Assembly: GCF_000012285.1 (NCBI RefSeq)
Contig: NC_007181.1
Coordinates: 2,070,001-2,102,000 of the forward strand
Source of the DNA: Sulfolobus acidocaldarius DSM 639
GTDB lineage: Archaea > Thermoproteota > Thermoprotei_A > Sulfolobales > Sulfolobaceae
Length of the DNA stretch: 32,000 nt
Direction: 5' to 3'
Part shown: one piece after another, positions 17,573 through 26,726 of the stretch
Position numbering within the stretch: position 1 is the first letter of the stretch
How the letters are laid out: every line of letters begins with the position of its first letter
Notes under the pieces: model-generated
What the model saw: the letters and a program-made list of their open reading frames with translations, nothing else
What the model was told of the DNA's origin: nothing
The model's database searches: none
Program-made: the position numbers and the translations under genes

Positions 17573-18931
17573 GCTATTCTGAAGTGACCTAGATAGGTCT
17601 TTAGTAGCCCTTATTATATTCACATAACCTGTACATCTGCAAATGTTCTTTATTGCATATTTCATCAAATCCTCGTCTGCATCAGGATCGACATTTGTCA
17701 AGTAGTCATAAACAGTCATCATAAAACCATGGGTACAGTATCCACACTGCATTGCGTAATTCCTAAGAAAAGCGTCTTGAACTAACTGCTTGGTCTTTAA
17801 ACCTTTAATTGTCACTATATTCTTCCCAGAGAACTGAATAGCGAATGCATTACATGACTTTATAGCCTTTCCGTCCACTAAAACTGTACATGCACCGCAC
17901 TTCCCCTCATCACAGCCCCTTTTTACTTCTGTAAACCCATTCTGTCTCAGAAAGTCAATGAGTAGAATTCTCGGTTCCACATTCAGAGGAATTTCCTCCC
18001 CGTTCACAGTTAAGCTATACTTAGACCCAGAGTGATTATTTGGCGTATTCACAATTTCTTTTGAGGGAAGTTTAATGTCAGAATACCCCATAAGCGTTTT
18101 AACTAACAAATTCCTAGTAAGCTTAAGTCTATAGCTCTTACTGGCATGGATATCATTTATAACCTTCTCATCCCTCTCCGCAATGATCTTTTCAGCAATC
18201 GAGTCCAAATCTGCCCTCCTCCTTATCTCGTCCACCTTTTCTCCTAAAAACAGATCCCTGATTAAAACAGGTTTCTCGAACACACCTCCAATAGCGATCT
18301 TTGAACTTACTACAACTCTATCCTCAGAGAGCTCTAGATTAACTGCAACTAGACATGTTGGATATGAAGCTCCTCCTCTTTTGACCACATTAAAGTTTAG
18401 CCAATACTCACTGTTCTTCTTTACGGGTATTTCGATCTCCTTTATTATTTCTCCATGACTTAACGCTGTGGTATAGGGGAATAAGTAGAAGTCTTCAATG
18501 TTAATTGACCTACCACTACTTAGTATAACCTTGCCCTCTAATGTAAATAACACCGGGAAATAATTTCCTGAGGGGTCTGCGTGAGCGATAGAGCCCCCTA
18601 TAGTTCCCTTATTCCTCACTTGTAGGTCTGCTATAACCCAAGATGCCTTTGCTAGGGACGGGTACCTTTGCCTTATAATATGATTGGTCGCAATTTCATT
18701 ATGAGTTAAGAGAGAGCCAATCCTGAGCTTATCTTCCTCTAACTTTACATATTTTAGCTCGTCTAGGTCATTGAGATCAACTAGTGTGTCTACATTTATT
18801 ATCCTTAATTTCATCATAGGAACTAAACTTTGACCTCCTGCTAATGGTCTAGCGCCCTCATTTTCCTTTAACAGGTCTAGAGCCTGTTGTAAGTTTGAAG
18901 GTCTGTAATACTTAAACTGGGCTGGGATCAC
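17552..18931 (-). CDS. Mo-hydroxylase medium (FAD, CoxM-like) and small (2x[2Fe-2S], CoxS-like) subunits fused in one polypeptide
   Basis: 459 aa. The N-terminus has F.Y..P..L..AL..L...ARPLAGGQSLVPMMKLR and GTIGGSIAHADP. The C-terminus has GCDEGKCGACTVLVDG...SC and QCGYCTHGFMM...CRCTGY. The GTG start is preceded by a GGTGA SD and abuts the large-subunit stop. Confidence 0.9.
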   Translation of the reverse strand: MIPAQFKYYRPSNLQQALDLLKENEGARPLAGGQSLVPMMKLRIINVDTLVDLNDLDELKYVKLEEDKLRIGSLLTHNEIATNHIIRQRYPSLAKASWVIADLQVRNKGTIGGSIAHADPSGNYFPVLFTLEGKVILSSGRSINIEDFYLFPYTTALSHGEIIKEIEIPVKKNSEYWLNFNVVKRGGASYPTCLVAVNLELSEDRVVVSSKIAIGGVFEKPVLIRDLFLGEKVDEIRRRADLDSIAEKIIAERDEKVINDIHASKSYRLKLTRNLLVKTLMGYSDIKLPSKEIVNTPNNHSGSKYSLTVNGEEIPLNVEPRILLIDFLRQNGFTEVKRGCDEGKCGACTVLVDGKAIKSCNAFAIQFSGKNIVTIKGLKTKQLVQDAFLRNYAMQCGYCTHGFMMTVYDYLTNVDPDADEDLMKYAIKNICRCTGYVNIIRATKDLSRSLQNSSKLDKP

Positions 18932-21259
18932 TTACTTCACCCCGTCTTCAATGAGTCCCATTATAATTTCGGGGGTTATAGGTATCTGGGTAATCCTTTT
19001 TCCTATTGCGTCTGAAACTGCATTGGCTATGGTTGCAGGAACTCCCATAATCGGACCTTCTCCTGACCCTAATGCCTTTGAGGGAATATAATTAATATCG
19101 CTTTCAAAGTGATGAATATCTACTTCAGTATGTAACATTTCGGAGAAAGTAGGGGTTTCATATGCATCAAAGGTAGTTATTAGTGGATTACCATTTTCGT
19201 CGTAAGCCAACCTCTCGTATAAGCTCATAGCTATCCCATGCAGTAAACTTCCATACATCTGACTTTCTAACAGTTCTCTTTTTAGTATTCTCCCCACGTC
19301 ATGAATTATAATGTATTTCTCCACCTTAACATCATAAGTAATGGGGTCTATCCTGACTACGGCGAGATGAGCTTGAATGGAATACCCTAGGGAGGAATTT
19401 ATCTTATCCCCCTCTGGTGGTGCTAGATACGGAGAATTGTAGAAAGAAACTACAGATAGACTCCCTGGATTTGAGTAGGGGTCCCAGTGGAAAGCTGACG
19501 CAAGTGTTTTTAAATCTACTGACTTAGTGGAATCTTTTTTAGCGTAAAATTTGCCATTCTCGTAGTAAACTTCTTCAGTCTCAAGGAACCTTTTGGCTAC
19601 ATCAGATAACTTGTCCTTTAATTCGTTACATGCCTTAAGGACACCGGTTATAACTATTGGAGCGAAACGGCTGGAATAACTACCACTGGCTATTGTCCAC
19701 GGAAGAGAGGTATCAACTCTATTCTCTACCTTCACTCTACTGACATCTATTCCAAACTCTTTAGCTACGACTTCCGCTGTGACAGTCTCATGACCTAGCC
19801 CTTCATTAGTACCATTTATAAATACACTAATACTTCCATCAAAATTAAGGGACATTATGATGTAATCCCCAGAAGCTGAATGTTTGTGTCTCCTCTTGGA
19901 TCCCTCAAGTGCCAAATCCACATAACCTAAATTAGTTCCGCTCGGTTCTAGGAAAAGAGATACTCCAATTCCTGTAAGAGGCTCTCTTTTTATTTTACTA
20001 TACTCTTCCTCCAAAAGTTTAAGAACCCTAATGTAGTCCTGTCTGGGATATAGTCCTCCCGTAGGAGTTTCATAAAAGTAGTCACTGTTAATCCTCTTGT
20101 TGAATTCAGTGATTACATTTCTTTTTCTAATTTCAATTGGACTTATTCCTAATTCTTCCGCTAACTTGTCTATAGTGGTCTCTAATGCAAAGTAAAATTG
20201 TGGGGCTCCATAAGCCCTGTTTAAACCTGTGGGAGATTTATTTGTAAGGACGACCGTGTGGTTTACTTCAATGTTACGTACATCGTAAGCTCCATTTAAA
20301 TTACCGTGAACTCTAAACAGAGCCCCTGGCTCTGGTGGTCTTGGATAAGCTCCTACATCCTCGAAGAAGGCATACCTTATCCCCTTTATTTTTCCTTCCT
20401 TATCACTAGCTATTTCTACATACCCCTCTCTGTCTCCACTTGACGAACTATATAGAAAACTCTCTGTCCTACTCTCGATCCATCTAACAGGGTGATTAGA
20501 TAGAATAGAAGCTGCTGCAGCTATAGTCATGTAAGGATAAAGTGAATACTTTACTCCAAAACTACCCCCAATGTCCCTAGGGGTCGAAAGCTTGATCCAG
20601 TTTAATGAAATACCCAATGCACGGCTAATAAAGTAAGCTTCCAGCATCGGACCTTGAAAGTTAGCTACTATATTTAATGTATCAGTTTTGTAAGCAAGAA
20701 CACCATAACCCTCGAGGGGCAAAGCCGAGTGTTTAGTGACCTTAAATTCGTTCTTTATCACCACAGGCGATTCTGAGAAAGCCCTTACCATATCACCATA
20801 GCTCATTTTACGATTTACAGCAATATTACTTCCTAACTCCTCATGTACTAGAGCTTTCTTATCTAGGGCTTCTCTCACGCTTGTTACAGCCGGCAAAGGG
20901 TCTACTTCGACATTAACATAGTCCAGAAGATCGACTGCCTTATATAAATCTCTAGCTAAAACTATGGCTATAGGTTCGCCCACAAACCTAACCTTGTCCT
21001 TAGCCACTGCATAGTATTTTATGGGTAAGTCAACACCCAAAGGGAATGGGTTCTTGATAACCTTCAGTAATTCCTGGTTCGTGTAAGCTATTCCGCCGTG
21101 GTTAAAGACCTCACTAACATCTACTTTTTTGATAACTCCGTGGGGTAAATTACTCCTATATATAGCCATAAATAGGGTTCCAGAGGGATTGGGTATATCA
21201 TTAATAAACTCTGAAGAGCCGTTAACGACCCTGGAACCCTCTACATAGTGAGTGCTCAT
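18932..21259 (-). CDS. Xanthine dehydrogenase/aldehyde oxidase-family molybdopterin-binding large subunit (CoxL-like, not a true CO dehydrogenase)
   Basis: 775 aa with the DIGGSFGVK Mo-cofactor motif. The active-site loop reads [16 protein letters not shown] and lacks the Cys-containing VAYRCSFR signature of form I CODH. Confidence 0.9.
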   Translation of the reverse strand: MSTHYVEGSRVVNGSSEFINDIPNPSGTLFMAIYRSNLPHGVIKKVDVSEVFNHGGIAYTNQELLKVIKNPFPLGVDLPIKYYAVAKDKVRFVGEPIAIVLARDLYKAVDLLDYVNVEVDPLPAVTSVREALDKKALVHEELGSNIAVNRKMSYGDMVRAFSESPVVIKNEFKVTKHSALPLEGYGVLAYKTDTLNIVANFQGPMLEAYFISRALGISLNWIKLSTPRDIGGSFGVKYSLYPYMTIAAAASILSNHPVRWIESRTESFLYSSSSGDREGYVEIASDKEGKIKGIRYAFFEDVGAYPRPPEPGALFRVHGNLNGAYDVRNIEVNHTVVLTNKSPTGLNRAYGAPQFYFALETTIDKLAEELGISPIEIRKRNVITEFNKRINSDYFYETPTGGLYPRQDYIRVLKLLEEEYSKIKREPLTGIGVSLFLEPSGTNLGYVDLALEGSKRRHKHSASGDYIIMSLNFDGSISVFINGTNEGLGHETVTAEVVAKEFGIDVSRVKVENRVDTSLPWTIASGSYSSRFAPIVITGVLKACNELKDKLSDVAKRFLETEEVYYENGKFYAKKDSTKSVDLKTLASAFHWDPYSNPGSLSVVSFYNSPYLAPPEGDKINSSLGYSIQAHLAVVRIDPITYDVKVEKYIIIHDVGRILKRELLESQMYGSLLHGIAMSLYERLAYDENGNPLITTFDAYETPTFSEMLHTEVDIHHFESDINYIPSKALGSGEGPIMGVPATIANAVSDAIGKRITQIPITPEIIMGLIEDGVK

Positions 21260-21391
21260 TAAGTAAACATATGTGATGTGGATTAATATTATTGTCTAAT
21301 TAAAATCATTAACGATTAAAATAGAATTTAATTTATCATGTGTATACCTAGTAAATTTTTACATTCCTGCTATTTATGACAGTCAACGATT

Positions 21392-21649
21392 CTACTTTTC
21401 ATTCCCACATACTGACAGTATGGATTTGAGTATTAGGTCTTCCTTGCCTTTACCCTTACCCATTGAAATATATTCTATTACCTCTTCTATTAGCTCTCTG
21501 ATCTTATCACTATCTTCATTACAAAATCTATTCTTCATTTCATGGTCATCATTCAATCTCTCCTGAATGTATTTCTCTATAGACTCTTGCTCAACAACTT
21601 CCCTTATAAAGTTCCTCATCAACGCATATTTATAAAATTGTGACTCCAC
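21392..21649 (-). CDS. Small acidic helical hypothetical protein
   Basis: 85-aa ORF with a GTG start. TATA-like TTTATAAT lies about 24 bp upstream. I recognise no motif, so the coding status is uncertain. Confidence 0.35.
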   Translation of the reverse strand: MESQFYKYALMRNFIREVVEQESIEKYIQERLNDDHEMKNRFCNEDSDKIRELIEEVIEYISMGKGKGKEDLILKSILSVCGNEK

Positions 21650-21713
21650 AAATTTGGGTAGATTTATATCATTATAAAGCTATTATTATTAATTTAGAAT
21701 ACCACATTAACTC

Positions 21714-22904
21714 ATGGAAAGAAAATTAGGGTTCATATTCGACCACAGTAAGTGTATTATATGTAATGCTTGCGTTGATGCTTGCAATAAGGCTTACGGT
21801 GGTTTGAACTGGAGAAGCTTGATTGTAATGCCCTACGAAGAGACTAAAACTGCCCTTTCCATAGCGTGCAACCATTGTGATAATCCAGTTTGCATGAACG
21901 TTTGTCCTGCAAATGCCATAACAAAGAACGAGATGGGGATAGTGCGAATAATAGAGGATAACTGTATAGGCTGTGGTTTCTGCACATGGGCATGTCCCTA
22001 TGAGGCGTTAAAGATAACCCCGAGCGGTATAATGAGCAAATGTCATCTCTGTTATAATAGGATAGGAAGTGGTCTCCCCTATTGCGTTGAAGCATGTCCC
22101 ACTGGAGCACTGACATTTGGCTGGATAGAAAAAGGAGATGCCAATGTAAATTACTTAGCGCCTGAAGATATAACTGAACCTAGATTCGTTATTAAGAAAC
22201 CTGAGAAGGCTGAAACTATAAAGGTTGAAACTCTTCATCGAAAGAAAGAGGAGAATTACATAGGATTACTAGCTTTCACCATAGCCAGCGAGTTAGCCTT
22301 AGGTTACTCCATTTTCAAGTTGCCATACTGGAATTTAGTTGGTCTTATACTACCCCTAGTGTCATTATTGCTCTCAGTGAACCACGCAAAGAGATTTGAC
22401 AGGTTTTACAGAGTGATTTACAATTTGAAGACTTCGTGGTTAAGTAGAGAGGTATTATTCTCCTCCATATCGGTATTATTCTACCTCATCTCCTTCTTCA
22501 ATCAGTTATTTTACTATCCTGCTGTAATATTCTTAGGGTTGGGCGTACTTTCAAGTATCATGATATATATACTAAAGGCGAGACCATCTTGGTACAACCC
22601 TGACACACCAGTATCATTTATAGGCTCGATTTTCACAACCTCTCTCCCATTACTGTTCTACCTAACTCATGAGGTTTTCATAATACCAGCTTTAATTGTA
22701 GTACTGGGAGTTGAGATACTTACAGGCTATAAGAAATCAAGGACTAGGGTAATACTGAACGCGGTCTCTATAGCTCTGTCACTACTTTCTATACCTCTCC
22801 CCTTCATTATTTTAGCAGATGAAATAGTAAACTTAGTATCTGAGGTAAGCCACAGGATTCAGTTCTATCAAAAAGTTGTATATTACGGCTTGCCCAAAGT
22901 TTAA
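21714..22904 (+). CDS. Fusion of a DmsB/NrfC-type four-cluster Fe-S protein with a DmsC-type polytopic membrane anchor
   Basis: 396 aa. Four Cys groups are present: CIICNACVDAC, CNHCDNPVCMNVCP, CIGCGFCTWACP and CHLC..CVEACP. About 7 hydrophobic helices follow, with the loop NHAKRFDRFYRVIYNLKTSWLSREVLF resembling the DMSO-reductase anchor subunit family. Confidence 0.85.
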   Translation: MERKLGFIFDHSKCIICNACVDACNKAYGGLNWRSLIVMPYEETKTALSIACNHCDNPVCMNVCPANAITKNEMGIVRIIEDNCIGCGFCTWACPYEALKITPSGIMSKCHLCYNRIGSGLPYCVEACPTGALTFGWIEKGDANVNYLAPEDITEPRFVIKKPEKAETIKVETLHRKKEENYIGLLAFTIASELALGYSIFKLPYWNLVGLILPLVSLLLSVNHAKRFDRFYRVIYNLKTSWLSREVLFSSISVLFYLISFFNQLFYYPAVIFLGLGVLSSIMIYILKARPSWYNPDTPVSFIGSIFTTSLPLLFYLTHEVFIIPALIVVLGVEILTGYKKSRTRVILNAVSIALSLLSIPLPFIILADEIVNLVSEVSHRIQFYQKVVYYGLPKV

Positions 22905-22953
22905 ACATTTTTCATAATAGACTTTTTAAACATCGAATACTATATATTTCTCA

Positions 22954-22959
22954 AGGTGG
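22954..22959 (+). promoter_or_regulatory. Shine-Dalgarno-like AGGTGG before the porG TTG start
   Basis: It lies 7 nt upstream of TTG 22967. The same GGTG-type motif precedes the other internal operon genes in this window. Confidence 0.35.
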
Positions 22960-22966
22960 TCAATTA

Positions 22967-23530
22967 TTGCTCGAAATAAGATTCCACGGTAGAGGTGGTC
23001 AAGGTGTCGTTACGGCTTCTCACCTACTGGCTGAAGCAGCAGGTTATGATAACTTATACTCTTCATCATTCCCCATATACGGGGCTGAGAGAAGAGGAGC
23101 CGAAATAGAGGCATATTGTAGAATTTCTGATAGTCAAATCAGGGTTACGTCTCCAATACAGGAACCTGATTACGTTGTAGTTCTAGATGGTTCCCTCCTA
23201 CATCTTTCAAACAATGTTTATAGAGGTCTAAAGTCTAACTCCGTAATTCTTGCTAACTACGGTTCTGAAATTAAGACAGATAAGAAAATAATTACTGTAA
23301 ACGCTACAAAGGTAGCCTCGGAACTAGGCTTAATTAGATCAGGTTGGCCTATGGTAAATGTAATAATGTTAGGTTCTTTGATCAAACTTACTGGAATGCC
23401 AAGTATTGAGTCACTTGAAAAGGCAATTAGAGATGAATTTGATGATAAGCTAGCAGAGATCAACATGAAAGGAGTAAGAAAGATGTATGAACTAGTAGAG
23501 GGGAGGAGGTACAATGTCCTTACTACTTGA
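22967..23530 (+). CDS. porG: 2-oxoacid:ferredoxin oxidoreductase, gamma subunit (substrate not assignable)
   Basis: 187 aa with a TTG start and the FHGRGGQGVVTAS motif. Confidence 0.85.
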   Translation: MLEIRFHGRGGQGVVTASHLLAEAAGYDNLYSSSFPIYGAERRGAEIEAYCRISDSQIRVTSPIQEPDYVVVLDGSLLHLSNNVYRGLKSNSVILANYGSEIKTDKKIITVNATKVASELGLIRSGWPMVNVIMLGSLIKLTGMPSIESLEKAIRDEFDDKLAEINMKGVRKMYELVEGRRYNVLTT

Positions 23531-23780
23531 TTATCAATACTTTCCAATAACAAAGCCCGGTAAGGGCGCTGGAGGTAAGACAGGTTCCTGGAGAGTGGTT
23601 AAGCCTGTTGTAGATTTGAGTAAGTGTATAGGTTGCAAGGCTTGTTTCATGTTCTGTCCAGAATCCACCATAGTTCCCAAAGGAGGGAAAGTCACAGTTG
23701 ACTATGAGTATTGTAAGGGATGTGGGGTTTGTTCGAATGTTTGCCCTGTAAAGGCAATAAGTATGGTGAGTGAGACATGA
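23514..23780 (+). CDS. porD: 2-oxoacid:ferredoxin oxidoreductase, delta subunit (2x[4Fe-4S])
   Basis: 88 aa with CIGCKACFMFCP and CKGCGVCSNVCP. GGAGGAGGT precedes the ATG. The gene overlaps porG by 17 nt. Confidence 0.9.
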   Translation: MSLLLDYQYFPITKPGKGAGGKTGSWRVVKPVVDLSKCIGCKACFMFCPESTIVPKGGKVTVDYEYCKGCGVCSNVCPVKAISMVSET

Positions 23781-24970
23781 TCAGGAAAATTATTTCAGGA
23801 AACGAAGCAGTAGCCACTGCAGTAAAGTTAGCTAGAGTAGGATTAACAGGAATTTACCCAATAACACCACAGACTTCAATAATAGAGAAATTGGCTGAAA
23901 TGAAAGCTCAAGGAGAAATACAGACAGAGATAGTTAGAGTTGAGAGTGAACACTCAGCGATGGCTGCAACATATGGCGCTGCACTAGCTGGTATAAGGGC
24001 TTTTACAGCTACTGCATCACAGGGACTTCTTTATATGCACGAAATGGTGTGGTGGGTAGCTGGAAGTAGAGTTCCAGTAGTGATGGTTGTTGGAACTAGG
24101 GCAGTTGGAGCACCGTGGAACATTTGGAACGAACATACTGACTTTACAAGTGAGAGGGACAGTGGTTGGATAATGGCGTTTGCAAGTAACCCACAGGAAG
24201 CATTAGACTTGACTATTCAGGCTTTTAGGATTTCTGAAGACGAAAGGGTATTCTTGCCTGTAATGGTGGGGATGGACGGGTTCATTCTATCACACACTAA
24301 GACTAACGTGCTAATACCTGACCAAGAGCAGATTGATGATTACTTGCCACCTAGGAGGCAGCCATATGTAATTGATCCTGAGGACCCAGTGGAAATAGGA
24401 AATATGTTTCCTCCAGAGGGTTATATGAAATTGAGGGAGTCAATCCATCTTGCACTGAAGAATTCTGAAGACATAATCAGGCAGCACGGCAGAGAATATA
24501 ACAAGAAAGTTTCCCCTATGATTGATTATTCCACCCTTAATTCTAGCTATAGGTTGGAAGATGCTGACTATGCTGTAGTATTAATGGGAGCTTGGGCAGG
24601 AGATGCTATGGAAGCTATAGATGTTCTCAGGGAGAAGGGAATAAAAATAGGTATGTTGAGAGTGAGATACTTGAGACCATGGAGCGAAAAGGAGATTAGG
24701 GAGAATCTAGAAGGTAAGAAGGGAGTTCTGGTACTTGACAGGAGTACTAGCTTTGGCAGAGGAGGACCATTGTACATAGAAGTTAAGTCTACTATTCGGG
24801 ACACAGAAGTTAAAGATATAGTCACTGGACTGGGTGGAGTTACAGTTGGTAAGAGTGATATGATATATCTGTTCTCCAAGTTTGTAGAGGGCATAAAAGA
24901 GGATGTAACCTGGTATTATCCAAAAGAGGTGGGAAAACTTGACGTTAGGACTCCGAGAGATATTGAATAA
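23777..24970 (+). CDS. porA: 2-oxoacid:ferredoxin oxidoreductase, alpha subunit
   Basis: 397 aa with GNEAVA...GIYPITPQT...ESEHSAMAA. An ATGA overlap joins it to porD, and a GGTGAG SD precedes the start. Confidence 0.9.
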   Translation: MIRKIISGNEAVATAVKLARVGLTGIYPITPQTSIIEKLAEMKAQGEIQTEIVRVESEHSAMAATYGAALAGIRAFTATASQGLLYMHEMVWWVAGSRVPVVMVVGTRAVGAPWNIWNEHTDFTSERDSGWIMAFASNPQEALDLTIQAFRISEDERVFLPVMVGMDGFILSHTKTNVLIPDQEQIDDYLPPRRQPYVIDPEDPVEIGNMFPPEGYMKLRESIHLALKNSEDIIRQHGREYNKKVSPMIDYSTLNSSYRLEDADYAVVLMGAWAGDAMEAIDVLREKGIKIGMLRVRYLRPWSEKEIRENLEGKKGVLVLDRSTSFGRGGPLYIEVKSTIRDTEVKDIVTGLGGVTVGKSDMIYLFSKFVEGIKEDVTWYYPKEVGKLDVRTPRDIE

Positions 24971-25829
24971 ACACAATTCACTTATATCAGGTACAGCAGC
25001 CTGTCCTGGATGCCCAGAAAATATGGCAATGAGAATGTTGGGGATGGGACTAGGAAAGGATACGGTAGTTGTAGTTGTAGCAGGCTGCTCATCCATAATA
25101 CAAGGTAATGCACCTTATAATTCCTATAATTTACCTGTAGTAAACATAGCATTTGCAGCTGGTCCTGCAGCTGCGTCAGGACTTGCTAGAGCATATAAAC
25201 AAAAGGGTAAGGATGTGAACGTGGTAGTATGGGCTGGGGATGGAGGGACTGCAGATATAGGATTTGCGTCATTAAGTGGTGCTGCAGAGAGAAATGAGGA
25301 TATAATCTACGTATGTGTGGACAATGAAGCCTATATGAACAGTGGAGGACAGAGAAGTGGTTCCACGCCATTGGGCGCAATAACTTCTACCACCCCAGAA
25401 GGCAAGAAAGAAAATAAAAAGAACCTTCCCTTCCTTATGGTATCTCACAACGTGCCTTATGTTGCTACAGCAAGTGTAGGGTATCCTCACGATTATATTC
25501 AGAAGTTAAAAAGAGCAAAGGAAATTGATGGCTTTAGGTATATACATGTGCTTACCCCCGATCCATATGGATGGCTATTTGACCCATCGAGGACTGCTGA
25601 AATAGCTAAGTTAGCAGTGCAGACGTGTTATTGGCCGTTATTTGAATATTACAATGGTAAAATAACAGTAAGTCAAGAGTGTCTTCACTGTTTAGACAAG
25701 AGGACAAGAAGACCAATTAAGGACTTTCTGTCTGTGCAGGGTAGATTTAAGAGAGTAAAGGAAGATGATATAGCCAAACTGGAGAAATATATAGATGATA
25801 TGTGGGAAAAGATAAAGGAGCTAATGTAA
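24939..25829 (+). CDS. porB: 2-oxoacid:ferredoxin oxidoreductase, beta subunit (TPP-binding)
   Basis: 296 aa with CPGCPE and the GDGGTADIG TPP motif. TTG 24939 is preceded by GAGGTGG (5-nt spacer). An in-frame TTG 24963 is an alternative start. Confidence 0.88.
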   Translation: MTLGLREILNKHNSLISGTAACPGCPENMAMRMLGMGLGKDTVVVVVAGCSSIIQGNAPYNSYNLPVVNIAFAAGPAAASGLARAYKQKGKDVNVVVWAGDGGTADIGFASLSGAAERNEDIIYVCVDNEAYMNSGGQRSGSTPLGAITSTTPEGKKENKKNLPFLMVSHNVPYVATASVGYPHDYIQKLKRAKEIDGFRYIHVLTPDPYGWLFDPSRTAEIAKLAVQTCYWPLFEYYNGKITVSQECLHCLDKRTRRPIKDFLSVQGRFKRVKEDDIAKLEKYIDDMWEKIKELM

Positions 25830-25853
25830 ATAAAAAGAGAAGGGAAAGTTACC

Positions 25854-26726
25854 TTAAGGTCTCATGGATTTAAAGAAACTTACAACTTTCTCCTTTAAGT
25901 ACCCCTTAGTCCTGAAATGATTATTTATTGCCTCCCAATCTTCCCTTGAAAGTCTCCACTCCATAGCCTGCGCATTTTCTTCCACGTGAGCAGGAGTAGA
26001 AGCCTTAACGATAGGCACTAAATTATCCACACTTATATACCAGTTCAGAGCAACTTGTGATGCAGTCTTGTTGTATTTCTTACCTATTTCATTGAGGAAC
26101 TCATTTCTTGTTAGTATTCCATTTTCTAATGGAGTATAAGCCATATACATTAACCCATTGTTCCTTGCAAATAATAAGGCATCGTTCTCGTCTTTTCTAC
26201 TCAGTAAGCTAAAGTGGTTCTGAATTGCTACAACTTCATACTTTTTACAGCAAGACATAGCCTTTTGGATACCTGAGGAATCAAAATTACTTAAACCAAA
26301 AAATCTTATTATACCGTCGTCTACTAGTCTCTCGAAAGCACTTATAGTTTCACATAATGGAACTGTCCTTGATGGTGCATGAAGAAGATACAAATCTATA
26401 TGTGTTCCCAACCTTTGTGAACTTGCCTTAGCAGATTTTAACACTTTTTCATAACTTGCATGACTAGGCCATACCTTGGATACTATAAACAATTTGTCCC
26501 TCTCAAAACCCTTTATAGCCTCTCCTACCAGTTCCTCAGCATGCCCATTACCGTACATTTCAGCTGTATCAATTGTAGTTATCCCTAACTCTATTGCCCT
26601 TTTTATCGACGCAGTCCACTCTCCGTCTCTTGCATGGCTCGCCCTCCAAAAACCTCCCCCTATCCTCCATGTACCAAAAGCCATAGACGAAACGGTAAAA
26701 TGTTTAAATTTCTTTAGGTCAGCCAT
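25854..26726 (-). CDS. Aldo/keto reductase
   Basis: 290 aa with IDTAEMYGNG (Asp/Tyr), SKVW (Lys) and YLLHAP (His). A GGAGGAG SD precedes the start, which abuts the upstream stop (TGA|ATG). Confidence 0.9.
   Translation of the reverse strand: MADLKKFKHFTVSSMAFGTWRIGGGFWRASHARDGEWTASIKRAIELGITTIDTAEMYGNGHAEELVGEAIKGFERDKLFIVSKVWPSHASYEKVLKSAKASSQRLGTHIDLYLLHAPSRTVPLCETISAFERLVDDGIIRFFGLSNFDSSGIQKAMSCCKKYEVVAIQNHFSLLSRKDENDALLFARNNGLMYMAYTPLENGILTRNEFLNEIGKKYNKTASQVALNWYISVDNLVPIVKASTPAHVEENAQAMEWRLSREDWEAINNHFRTKGYLKEKVVSFFKSMRP

Noticed and set aside
18932-21259. Annotation as aerobic carbon-monoxide dehydrogenase (CoxL).
   Set aside because: The active-site loop reads NRAYGAPQ with no Cys, not the VAYRCSFR-type signature needed for the CuSMo centre. 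No coxD/E/F/G accessory genes are nearby. A generic XDH-family hydroxylase or aldehyde oxidoreductase is the safer call.
23257-25490. Minus-strand ORFs 23257..23553, 24568..24894, 24707..25096, 25186..25380 and 25272..25490.
   Set aside because: All lie antisense within the strongly supported porG/porA/porB genes. They have no recognisable motifs and are typical shadow ORFs.
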